The position numbers and the translations under genes were made by a program. From an uncultured Actinomycetes bacterium (GTDB lineage Bacteria > Actinomycetota > Acidimicrobiia > Acidimicrobiales > Iamiaceae), in assembly GCA_963764215.1 (NCBI GenBank), contig CAVXRS010000010.1:59153-123152 (forward strand): DNA of 64,000 bases, read 5' to 3'. Shown here piece after piece: positions 1-8,615 of this stretch (the first letter of the stretch is position 1; every line of letters starts with the position of its first letter). The notes below the pieces were generated by a model. That model worked only from the letters and a program-made list of their open reading frames with translations. It was not told where the DNA came from and searched no databases.

Positions 1-427
1 CGCAGAGCGCGAAGCCCACCTCCCGATGGTCCCGGTGGTTCACGTAGCCCGATCCGATGAACACCGCGGTCGGATCGTGGCCGAACACCACGTCTGGTCG
101 CCACACACGGATGCGCTGCACCAGTTCGACGCGGACTTCCGGTGAGTTGGTGATCTCGCCGTCGGACCAACCCAGGACCTCGTGGTGGGCGATGCCGAGC
201 TCGGCGGCCGCTGCGTCGACCTCCGACATGCGCGTCGCGGCGACCCGCTGTGGATCGGCGTCAGGTTCGTGACTCCCCTTGTCGCCCTTCGCGCAGATGA
301 TCAGGGAAACGTCGCACCCGTGTCGCGCCCAGCGTGCGAGCGTCGCCCCACAGGCGATCTCGGCGTCCGCGGGATGGGCGAACACCGCCATCGCCCGCTC
401 CGGGATTTCCTCGAGCACCTGATCCAC
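1..427 (-). CDS. PIG-L (LmbE/MshB-like) family deacetylase; 3' end runs off the window
   Basis: My minus-strand translation reads VDQVLEEIPERAMAVFAHPADAEIACGATLARWARHGCDVSLIICAKGDKGS...LGWSDGEI..., with an AHPDDxE-like motif. GTG start at 427. It is absent from the ORF track because there is no stop inside the window. Confidence 0.6.
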   Translation of the reverse strand, partial: MDQVLEEIPERAMAVFAHPADAEIACGATLARWARHGCDVSLIICAKGDKGSHEPDADPQRVAATRMSEVDAAAAELGIAHHEVLGWSDGEITNSPEVRVELVQRIRVWRPDVVFGHDPTAVFIGSGYVNHRDHREVGFALC

Positions 428-479
428 GGCAGGCGACCCTAGTGGGGACGGACCCGCGGCCTTCGGCCATGCTGGGGGG

Positions 480-1292
480 ATGGACCCGGACCTCCTCGCC
501 GATCTCGCCCAACGGGCTGCCCTGGACGTCGCCGATCGGATCGTGCTCGCCGACCGTGGCGCGGTGGCCGTGGCCGCCACGAAGACCTCGGCGACCGATC
601 TGGTCACCGAGACCGACCGACGGGTCGAGGACGAGTTGGTCCGTCTGCTCACGACCGGACGTCCCGACGATGCGATCCTCGCCGAGGAGCGCGGCCGTCG
701 TGGCGGTGACGGCCCGGTGACCTGGATCATCGACCCCATCGACGGGACGACCAATTTCTTCTACGACCTGAGTGGTTTCAACATCTCGATCGCGGCAGCC
801 GTGGACGGCACGGTCGTCGCGGGCATTGTCGTCGACCCGATCCGACGGGAGACGTTCCGTGCCACCCTCGGTGGAGGCGCCACGTGCAACGGGACGCCGA
901 TCCGCGTGAACCGTGACGTCGAACTTCCCCACGCGCTCATCGGGACCGGATTCTCGTACTCGTCGAGTCGTCGTCATGAGCAGGCACAGGTCCTCGCGTC
1001 GATCATGGCCGAGATCCGGGACATTCGGCGACTGGGAGCGGCAGCGCTGGATCTGTGTTCTGTGGCCGCGGGGCGACTCGACGGCTACTACGAATCCGGA
1101 CTCAAACCCTGGGATCTGGCCGCCGGGGGCCTGATCGCCTCCGAAGCCGGAGCGGTCGTCGGGGGCCTCGACGACGGTGGCCCCGGCGAGCGCCTCACCA
1201 TTGCGGCGCACCCGATTCTCTACGATCGCCTGCGGGGGCTGCTGGAAAGGGCACGCAACGACGGACTCGAAGTTGAGGGGCCATCCGCGTAA
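480..1292 (+). CDS. Inositol monophosphatase family protein (SuhB/ImpA-like)
   Basis: 270-aa ORF with the WIIDPIDGTTNF motif and the WDLAAGGLIASEAGA C-terminal motif. Confidence 0.85.
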   Translation: MDPDLLADLAQRAALDVADRIVLADRGAVAVAATKTSATDLVTETDRRVEDELVRLLTTGRPDDAILAEERGRRGGDGPVTWIIDPIDGTTNFFYDLSGFNISIAAAVDGTVVAGIVVDPIRRETFRATLGGGATCNGTPIRVNRDVELPHALIGTGFSYSSSRRHEQAQVLASIMAEIRDIRRLGAAALDLCSVAAGRLDGYYESGLKPWDLAAGGLIASEAGAVVGGLDDGGPGERLTIAAHPILYDRLRGLLERARNDGLEVEGPSA

Positions 1293-1321
1293 TTCGCGGC
1301 CAAATTTGGCAGGCTGGTGGG

Positions 1322-2002
1322 GTGGGAACCCGAATCCTCACCGTCGAAGACGACGAGCGAATCCGCACGGCGGTCAAGCTCGCCCTCGAAGCGGAAGGGT
1401 GGCAGGTCGAGGAAGCGGGGACCGGCGAGGCAGCCCTGGAGCATTTCGAGCAGCGACCGGCCGATGTCGTCCTGATCGACATCATGTTGCCCGACATCGA
1501 CGGCTTCGAGGTCTGTCGGGAGATCCGCAAGTCGAGCGATGTTCCGATCCTCATGGTGACGGCTCGCGACGACACCCATGACGTGGTGGCCGGCCTCGAA
1601 GCCGGGGCCGACGACTATCTCACCAAGCCCTTCGCGCCCAAGGAACTGTCCGCCCGTATCAGGGCATTGCTTCGGCGGGCCCGCAGCGTGGACGCCGGTG
1701 CCACCCATCTGCGTTTCGGAGATCTCGAGATCGTGCCCGACGAGGGGGCGGTGCAGCTCGCCGGCGACGACGTGCACCTCACCAAGACCGAGTTCCGACT
1801 GCTGGTCGAACTCGCATCGAATCCGGGGAAGGTGTTCAGTCGAGAGGTTCTGCTCGAACGAGTCTGGGGATACGACTACTTCGGCGACGGCCGTCTGGTC
1901 GACGTGCACATCCGCCGATTGCGCACCAAGGTCGAGGCGGATCCGGCCAACCCACGGCACGTGGTGACCGTCCGCGGCCTCGGCTACAAACTCCAGACCT
2001 GA
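1322..2002 (+). CDS. OmpR/PhoB-family response regulator (MtrA-like)
   Basis: Receiver domain (VLIDIMLPDIDG, KPF) plus winged-helix C-terminus (VWGYDYFGDGRLVDVHIRRLRTKVE...TVRGLGYKL). Confidence 0.9.
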   Translation: MGTRILTVEDDERIRTAVKLALEAEGWQVEEAGTGEAALEHFEQRPADVVLIDIMLPDIDGFEVCREIRKSSDVPILMVTARDDTHDVVAGLEAGADDYLTKPFAPKELSARIRALLRRARSVDAGATHLRFGDLEIVPDEGAVQLAGDDVHLTKTEFRLLVELASNPGKVFSREVLLERVWGYDYFGDGRLVDVHIRRLRTKVEADPANPRHVVTVRGLGYKLQT

Positions 2003-2013
2003 ACGCAGGCCCC

Positions 2014-3477
2014 ATGCGACGCATCCTGCCACGGAACCCCCTGCGTCTGCGCACCCGGGTGACGCTGTTCTTCGCGTTGGGTGCGGTGCTCCTGTCGCTC
2101 CTGCTGTCGGTGACGACCTACGGACTCACCCGCAAGAACCTGCTGAACCAGCGGGAATCAGAATCGATCCAACGGTCGTACCTGGACGCGCAGAACGTGC
2201 AGACGGCGCTGAACAACCAGTCCGCCAATGCCGCCGCGCTCAACAACGCCCTTCAGTCCGTGGTGACCGGCGCCGGCACCTACCCGGTGATCCAGATTCC
2301 CGACCCGAACGGCGTACTGGTCAACCAGTCGACGAACACGCAGTATGCGCTGGACTCCATCCCGCCCGCACTCGAGAGCCAGGTGCAACAGGGCCAACCG
2401 GCACTGATGCGGATCGACCACAACGGCGAACCCATGTTGGCCATCGGGTTGCCGCTCCCGAGTCTGCGCGTCGGGACCCACGTGGGCGAGTACTACGAGC
2501 TCGTGTCCCTGATCGACATCTCCCAGACCCTGAACGCGTTGCGGCGGGTGCTGGGAATTGCCACGGCCGTGACCACGGTACTGGGCATGTTGACCGGCTG
2601 GTGGGTGAGTCGGCGGGTCCTTCGCCCTCTCGGCGCCATCGGTCTGGCCGCCGAGGCGATCGCCAGCGGGCGGCTCAACACGCGTCTGGACGACCCACCA
2701 GACCCGGATCTGACCCCCATCGTGGGTTCGTTCAACCACATGGCCGCGGCGCTCGAAGCGCGGGTCGAACAGGACGCCCGGTTCGCGTCGGACGTCTCTC
2801 ACGAATTGCGCAGTCCGATCACGACCCTGGCCGCGTCGATGGCGGTGCTCGAGGCCGGACGGAACCAGATCCCCGAAGGACCGTTGCGCGCGTCGGTCGA
2901 TCTGATCACTGCCGATCTGGCCAGATTCCAACAGCTCGTGGAGGATCTGCTGGAGATTTCCCGCTACGACGCGGGCGCCATCCGCCTGGATCTGTCAGAG
3001 ATCCGTATCCTTGAACTGGTGCAGGCAGTCATCGCGAGCCAACACATCCACACCCCCATCGAGATCGACCCGGCGTTGGCGAAGGCGACCGTGCGGGTCG
3101 ACAAGCGTCGACTGTCTCGTGTGCTCGCCAACCTGATCGACAACGGCACCAAGTACGGCGAGCAGATCGAGCGGGTCGAAATCTCGAAGGCCGGCGAGCG
3201 CATCCGGATCGCCATCGAGGATTCGGGGCCGGGCGTGCCCCAGGCAGATCGTTCGTTGATCTTCGGTCGGTTCTCCCGCGGCGCCGCGGCCGGAAGCAGG
3301 AGCGCGAGCAGCGGAGGTGTCGGACTCGGCCTGGCGCTGGTGAGCGAACATCTCCGGCTCCAGGGCGGCTCGGTGTGGGTCGAGGATCGACCCGACGGAG
3401 CGAGCGGGGCACGTTTCGTGATCGAACTGGCCGATGTGGTCGAACGGGGTGGGCCGACCGAGAGTGTGGCGACATGA
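2014..3477 (+). CDS. Sensor histidine kinase (MtrB-like): 2 TM segments, HAMP, HisKA, HATPase
   Basis: H-box SHELRSPIT, N-box DNGTKYG, G-box GVGLGLALV. It lies directly downstream of the response regulator. Confidence 0.9.
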   Translation: MRRILPRNPLRLRTRVTLFFALGAVLLSLLLSVTTYGLTRKNLLNQRESESIQRSYLDAQNVQTALNNQSANAAALNNALQSVVTGAGTYPVIQIPDPNGVLVNQSTNTQYALDSIPPALESQVQQGQPALMRIDHNGEPMLAIGLPLPSLRVGTHVGEYYELVSLIDISQTLNALRRVLGIATAVTTVLGMLTGWWVSRRVLRPLGAIGLAAEAIASGRLNTRLDDPPDPDLTPIVGSFNHMAAALEARVEQDARFASDVSHELRSPITTLAASMAVLEAGRNQIPEGPLRASVDLITADLARFQQLVEDLLEISRYDAGAIRLDLSEIRILELVQAVIASQHIHTPIEIDPALAKATVRVDKRRLSRVLANLIDNGTKYGEQIERVEISKAGERIRIAIEDSGPGVPQADRSLIFGRFSRGAAAGSRSASSGGVGLGLALVSEHLRLQGGSVWVEDRPDGASGARFVIELADVVERGGPTESVAT

Positions 3478-4097
3478 GCACCGCCCGCCGGTTCGCCGCC
3501 GCTGCGATGGTCCTGATCGTGGCCCTTGCGGCCACCGCCTGTTCGCTCTCTGCAGAGACGTCTCCGAGGGCGATCGACAAGAAGAAGCTCCCGGCGATCC
3601 TCGAGCCGAACGCCACCACGACGACGTCGGTGCCGGCCGACCAGGGTGCATGGGCGCGGGTGTGCTTCGTCCAACAGACGAACAAGAACACCCCCGCCCG
3701 ACTCGACTGCACCCCCCAGAGGCTCAAGAAGATCACTCCGGAGTCCTTGTTCGAAGCTCTGGCGACGGGTCCCGATCCGGCCGAACGCAAGTCGAAGGGC
3801 TATTCGTCGATCGTGCCGACAAAGGCGCAGATGCTGGGGGCGTCCAACGTCGACGAGAAGGGCGTCATGACCATCAACCTCTCCAAGGAGGTCGCGGACA
3901 TCTCCAGCCCGAACGACATCACCATGTACCACCAGATCGTCAAGACGCTCACGGATGCGCGCAACGGCCTCGGAGTCCGGGCGATCGCCCTCAAAGTCGA
4001 CGGGGAGTCGAAGAAAATTCCCACCGACAACGGTCCCAAGAGCATCGCGACCGACACCGACTTCAACGCGGTCGCGACCCAGGGTCCTCCGGCATAG
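3474..4097 (+). CDS. Lipoprotein, short LpqB-like/GerMN-type
   Basis: ATG at 3474 overlaps the kinase stop (ATGA). Signal peptide plus lipobox (LAATAC). Third position of an mtrA-mtrB-lpqB-like operon. The ORF-track start at 3375 was trimmed. Confidence 0.55.
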   Translation: MSTARRFAAAAMVLIVALAATACSLSAETSPRAIDKKKLPAILEPNATTTTSVPADQGAWARVCFVQQTNKNTPARLDCTPQRLKKITPESLFEALATGPDPAERKSKGYSSIVPTKAQMLGASNVDEKGVMTINLSKEVADISSPNDITMYHQIVKTLTDARNGLGVRAIALKVDGESKKIPTDNGPKSIATDTDFNAVATQGPPA

Positions 4098-4133
4098 GAC
4101 CAGCGCTGACAACCGGGACCGGGAATCGGTAGG

Positions 4134-5606
4134 TTGGTCGAGGTGGAGTACGTCTGCGCGCTCGATGCAGGGACGACCGGGGTGCGGGCCGTGGCCGTGA
4201 ATCGCGCCGGCAGGATCGTCGACCACCGCTATCGCGAGTTCACCCAGCACTTCCCGAAAGCCGGTTGGGTCGAGCACGACGCAGAGGAGATCGCCGACGC
4301 GATCCTCGACGTGACCGCGGAGTTGATCGGCGCGCTCGGGAGCGCACCAGTGGCACTCGGCATCACGAACCAGCGGGAAACGGTGGTGGTCTGGGACCGT
4401 CGAACCGGTCGGCCACTCCATCGGGCCATCGTGTGGCAGGACCGACGGGGGGCATCCCGTTGCGACGAGCTCCGCCGCAACCACCTCGATCTCATCCGCC
4501 GGACGACCGGTCTGGTTCCCGATCCGTACTTCTCCGCGACCAAGCTGGAATGGCTCTTCGGCGTGGGGGACGTACCCAGCGGCGCCGAGGTCGCGGTGGG
4601 CACGATCGATTCGTGGCTGCTGTGGCGGCTCACCGGTGGAGCGGTGCACACGACCGAGCCGACGAACGCCTCCCGGACCATGTTGTTCGACATCGGGCGC
4701 TCGGCGTGGTCCGAGGAGCTGTGCGCGATGTTCGACGTGCCCCCGCACGTGCTCCCGGAGGTGCGTCCCTCCTCCGGTCGCTTCGGAACCACTTCGGGAA
4801 TTCCCGGCATTCCCGATGGACTCCCGATCTCCGGTGTCGCCGGCGACCAGCAGGCGTCGCTGTTCGGTCACCTGTGCTTCGAGGACGGAATGGCCAAGAA
4901 CACCTACGGCACCGGATCGTTCGTACTCACCAATGTGGGATCCGAACCGCCCGCGCCGGTCGAGGGCCTCCTTGGCACGGTGGCCTGGCAGATCGACGGG
5001 GAAGCGCCCGTCTACGCCCTGGAAGGTTCGATCTTCTCGACGGGATCGGCAGTGCAGTGGTTGCGGGACGCGCTGGGGGTCATCGCCAGGGCCGACGAAC
5101 TCGAGGGCCTTGCACGCACCTGCGACGATGCCGGCGGCGCCGTGTTCGTACCGGCCTTCACCGGCCTCGGGTCGCCATGGTGGGATCCCGAGGCCCGGGG
5201 AACGTTCGTGGGCATCACCAGAGGTACCGGCCGCGCCCAACTCGCCCGCGCGGTCGTCGACGCCATGGTCTTCCAGACCCGGGACGTGGTCGATGCCATG
5301 ACCGCAGCGTCCGGGCGACCGCTGATCGAGCTCCGGGTCGACGGCGGTGCCGCGGCAATGGACCTGCTCTGCACGCTCCAGGCCGAACAGCTCGCCGCAC
5401 CGGTCGTGCGCGCCGCCACGCTCGAGACCACGGCACTGGGTGCGGCGTTTCTCGCCGGACTGGCCGAAGGATTCTGGTCCGGAACCGACGAGTTGTCCGG
5501 TCTCGCCGACTCGAACGTCCGCTTCGACCCCGCGGGCGAGCCCGACGAGGCCGCGTTCGCCCAGTGGCACCGGGCAGTGGCCCGGTCCCGCTCGCTCAGG
5601 CCGTGA
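4134..5606 (+). CDS. glpK: Glycerol kinase
   Basis: FGGY kinase signatures ALDAGTTGVRA and ITNQRETVVVWDRRTGRPLHRAIVWQDRR. TTG start. Confidence 0.9.
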   Translation: MVEVEYVCALDAGTTGVRAVAVNRAGRIVDHRYREFTQHFPKAGWVEHDAEEIADAILDVTAELIGALGSAPVALGITNQRETVVVWDRRTGRPLHRAIVWQDRRGASRCDELRRNHLDLIRRTTGLVPDPYFSATKLEWLFGVGDVPSGAEVAVGTIDSWLLWRLTGGAVHTTEPTNASRTMLFDIGRSAWSEELCAMFDVPPHVLPEVRPSSGRFGTTSGIPGIPDGLPISGVAGDQQASLFGHLCFEDGMAKNTYGTGSFVLTNVGSEPPAPVEGLLGTVAWQIDGEAPVYALEGSIFSTGSAVQWLRDALGVIARADELEGLARTCDDAGGAVFVPAFTGLGSPWWDPEARGTFVGITRGTGRAQLARAVVDAMVFQTRDVVDAMTAASGRPLIELRVDGGAAAMDLLCTLQAEQLAAPVVRAATLETTALGAAFLAGLAEGFWSGTDELSGLADSNVRFDPAGEPDEAAFAQWHRAVARSRSLRP

Positions 5607-6474
5607 AGCTGCCCGACGCGCCGGCATTCACGTCGAGCACGGTCCCCGACACATGGCGCGCGGCGTCACTGCACAGATAGAGCACCGCGGCGGTGGTCTC
5701 CGCCGGCTCCAGCCAGGGCACCCCGAGGGGGTGCAACGAAGCCAGCGTCGCCGCGCAGTCCGCAAACGTCGGGGCTTCGAGATCCGGGCGCATCATGGAG
5801 ACGAACCAGTCGTTCTCGATCATCGGCGTGCGAATGTTGCCTGGGGCGATCGCGTTGACGGTCACGCCTGACGGGGCCAGCTCGAGCGCCGCCGCCTTGG
5901 TCAACCCGATCACGCCCCATTTCGACGCGGCATAGGCGGGAATCCCCGGGTTTGCCGATCGGCCCATCATCGACGACACCGTGATGATGCGTCCCGAACC
6001 CCGCGCGCGCATGCCCCCCGCCACGGCACGGATCACGTTGAACGTTCCGGTCAGGTTGCTGTCGATGACCGTCGCCCATTCGGCTGCCGACACCTCGGCG
6101 ACCGAACCGATCCCCGAGACCCCCGCGTTGGCCACCGCGATGTCGATCGCCCCCAGCACCTCGGTGGCATTGCCCACCAGCCCGAGTACGGCATCCAGGT
6201 CCCGAACGTCGACGATGCCCGTGACGCAGCGCGCGCCGGTCGCCTCGACGAGCCGCCTGGTCTCGTCGAGATCCGCCGGCGTCGCCAGCGGGTAGGGCAC
6301 GGTAGCCAGGTCGGCACAGATGTCACCGATCACGACGTCGGCACCCCGTTCGGCCAGGGCGACCGCGTGGCTCCGTCCCTGACCACGCGCGGCGCCGGTG
6401 ACGAGGGCGACTCGACCTTGGTACGGTCTTGTCGATTCGGACGAGTCGGTTGCAGATGGGTCGGCCACGGGCAC
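5596..6474 (-). CDS. SDR-family oxidoreductase (carveol-dehydrogenase-like / mycofactocin-coupled type)
   Basis: TGAARGQGRS Rossmann motif, YAASK catalytic motif, and the subfamily-typical insertion ICADLATVPYPLATPADLDET. Confidence 0.8.
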   Translation of the reverse strand: MPVADPSATDSSESTRPYQGRVALVTGAARGQGRSHAVALAERGADVVIGDICADLATVPYPLATPADLDETRRLVEATGARCVTGIVDVRDLDAVLGLVGNATEVLGAIDIAVANAGVSGIGSVAEVSAAEWATVIDSNLTGTFNVIRAVAGGMRARGSGRIITVSSMMGRSANPGIPAYAASKWGVIGLTKAAALELAPSGVTVNAIAPGNIRTPMIENDWFVSMMRPDLEAPTFADCAATLASLHPLGVPWLEPAETTAAVLYLCSDAARHVSGTVLDVNAGASGSFTA

Positions 6475-6579
6475 ACCTTCGCTGGCAGAGGAACGATGAA
6501 CGGCGGCGCTGCCGCCAGGACTCCCCGGCGATGCAAACGGTCATGGTGCAGGACCGGAGATCCCTAATCTTGTCACCTC

Positions 6580-8274
6580 ATGGTCGACTCCGATCACGCC
6601 GCCACATCGCGCAGCCGACCACTCGTCCGTGCGCTGTTCGCGTTCATCGCCCTGGTCGCGCTCGCCTTACGGCTCTGGGCGCCCGGTCCCACCGCGGAGA
6701 CCTACGACGAGAACCTCTGGCTGCACCGCAGCGACGCGTTCGCCGCGGCCATCAGCCACGCACACTTCTCCCAGGCGAGTGCCGGCGACCCGGCGTTGGG
6801 GCTGACGAATCCCACCATGCCCGGGGTGACCACGATGTGGGCGGGGATCGCCGGTCGCCAGATCGCCAAAGCGTCCGGAGCGTTGGGGCTCAGCGCCCCG
6901 ATCCGGGGACCGTCCGCCGAGTCGGCCCAGGTGCTCCGTGCCGCACAGAGCACGGTCTCGATCGTCTGCGTGGCGCTGCTCCTGCTCTTGATGGTGATGC
7001 TGCGACGACTGTTCGGCGCCAGGGTGGCACTGTTCACCGGAGCGCTGCTTGCGGTCGAACCATGGGCGGTGGGCCTGGGCCACATGCTGCATACCGATGC
7101 GATGGTGACGATGTTCTCGGTCGCCTCCCTCACGACGCTCGCGTGGGCGCTGCGCAGTGAGCGCCTTCCCACATCCGGTCCGACCGGGCCGCCGCGTACC
7201 GGCTGGTTGGTGGTTGCCGCGGCACTCGCCGCCGGTGGCCTGCTGACCAAGACGAACGCGATCGGGATTCTCGGGCCGGGCATGGCGCTCATCTCCTGGG
7301 AAGCCTGGCGCCACCGCTACCGGGACCAACCCCGGCTGTTGATCCGCGCCGCGGTGATCGGACTCATGGTGGTCGGCGTCATCTCGATCCTGGCCTGGCC
7401 GGCCCTGCTCACGTCCCCGGTCCAACAGGTGCAGCTGATGTTCGACGCATCCAAGCAGGTGGGCAAGACCCGGCTCCGCTTCTTCCACGGATCGTTGCAG
7501 GGATTCGTTCCCGAGTTCTACGTCGTCGCGCTGGCGTTCCGGCTGACCCCGTGGATGCTCGCGTGGTGCGCCGTGGGCGTCGGCGGTGGGGTGGCCGATC
7601 TCGTCCGACGACTCCGGCGCGACACACGCCGAGGTTTCGACGAGTTCGGGCCGATGATCCCGTCCTGGGTGCTGCTCACTCCTCTCCCCTATTTCGTGGT
7701 GATCTCGTTGAGTCGGTTCGGCTACGACCGGTATGCGCTGGCCGTGATCCCCTACGCCGTGATCGGGGGCGCATGCGTCGCCACCAGATGGAGTCGGCGC
7801 CTGCCCGGAATCCGGGCCCTCTCCCCGCGGATGCTCGCCGCCTGCGGGGGCCTGCTCGTCCTCGCCGCGGCCGTCGTCCCGATCCGACATGCGCCCTACG
7901 GCACCCAGTACGTGAACGGATTGTGGGGCGGTGAGACGGCCGCGGTCCGCTGGATCCCTGTCGAGAGCGGCCAGGTTTCGGGACGTCTGTCGGCTGATCT
8001 GGCGGCCCAGGTTCACGGTCGGTGTGCCCGCACCCGGGTGGCCGTCGCCTATCCGCACCCGGCCTCGGACTATTGCGGCAGGTCGTTCGCTCCCCAGACC
8101 GTCGAAGAGCTGAGGACGGCGGACTATGCGTTCACCTTCGCCGTCGGGGATCAGACATCGGCTCGGGAGTGGTTCACGCCCTGGCTCCGGCGTCATGCGA
8201 CTCTGGTCGACACCGTGGACGTGGGCGGCGTGGTGTTCGGACGACTCTGGCGTCTACCCGATCAGGGGACCTGA
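6580..8274 (+). CDS. Polytopic membrane glycosyltransferase, GT39/ArnT-like
   Basis: 564 aa with many TM helices and a DE-containing first loop (TYDENLW), typical of lipid-carrier-dependent GT-C enzymes. Confidence 0.55.
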   Translation: MVDSDHAATSRSRPLVRALFAFIALVALALRLWAPGPTAETYDENLWLHRSDAFAAAISHAHFSQASAGDPALGLTNPTMPGVTTMWAGIAGRQIAKASGALGLSAPIRGPSAESAQVLRAAQSTVSIVCVALLLLLMVMLRRLFGARVALFTGALLAVEPWAVGLGHMLHTDAMVTMFSVASLTTLAWALRSERLPTSGPTGPPRTGWLVVAAALAAGGLLTKTNAIGILGPGMALISWEAWRHRYRDQPRLLIRAAVIGLMVVGVISILAWPALLTSPVQQVQLMFDASKQVGKTRLRFFHGSLQGFVPEFYVVALAFRLTPWMLAWCAVGVGGGVADLVRRLRRDTRRGFDEFGPMIPSWVLLTPLPYFVVISLSRFGYDRYALAVIPYAVIGGACVATRWSRRLPGIRALSPRMLAACGGLLVLAAAVVPIRHAPYGTQYVNGLWGGETAAVRWIPVESGQVSGRLSADLAAQVHGRCARTRVAVAYPHPASDYCGRSFAPQTVEELRTADYAFTFAVGDQTSAREWFTPWLRRHATLVDTVDVGGVVFGRLWRLPDQGT

Positions 8275-8288
8275 CCGGTTGCCGGTGT

Positions 8289-8600
8289 TCAGGATTTGAG
8301 CAGGCGGCCCATCGCGGCCGACACCTCGGCGAGCTTCGCCTCGGCATCATCGGACCCGCCGCGTACCGCGTCGGCCACGCAGTGCTTGAGGTGCTCGTCG
8401 ACCAGGATCAACGACATCGCCCGCAGCGCCTTGGACACGGCCGCGACCTGGTCCAGGATGTCGATGCAGTACTGGTCCTCGTCGACCATGCGTTGCAGTC
8501 CGCGCACCTGACCCTCGATCCGCTTGAGACGGTTCGTGATGCCGTCCTTGTGGTCGTGGTACCCGTAGGTGTGCTCGTGGTCCGGATTCACCGCGCCCAC
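8289..8600 (-). CDS. csoR: CsoR/RcnR-family metal-sensing repressor
   Basis: RLKRIEGQVRGLQRMV, YCIDIL and HLKHC give the C-H-C ligand pattern. Confidence 0.8.
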   Translation of the reverse strand: MGAVNPDHEHTYGYHDHKDGITNRLKRIEGQVRGLQRMVDEDQYCIDILDQVAAVSKALRAMSLILVDEHLKHCVADAVRGGSDDAEAKLAEVSAAMGRLLKS

Positions 8601-8615
8601 TCTATTGGGGCGCGT

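Noticed and set aside
2964-5627. 887-aa minus-strand ORF spanning the kinase, lipoprotein and glpK region.
   Set aside because: It is antisense to three well-supported genes. It is Arg/Gly/Pro-rich and low-complexity with no motifs, which is a typical shadow ORF of a 70% GC genome.
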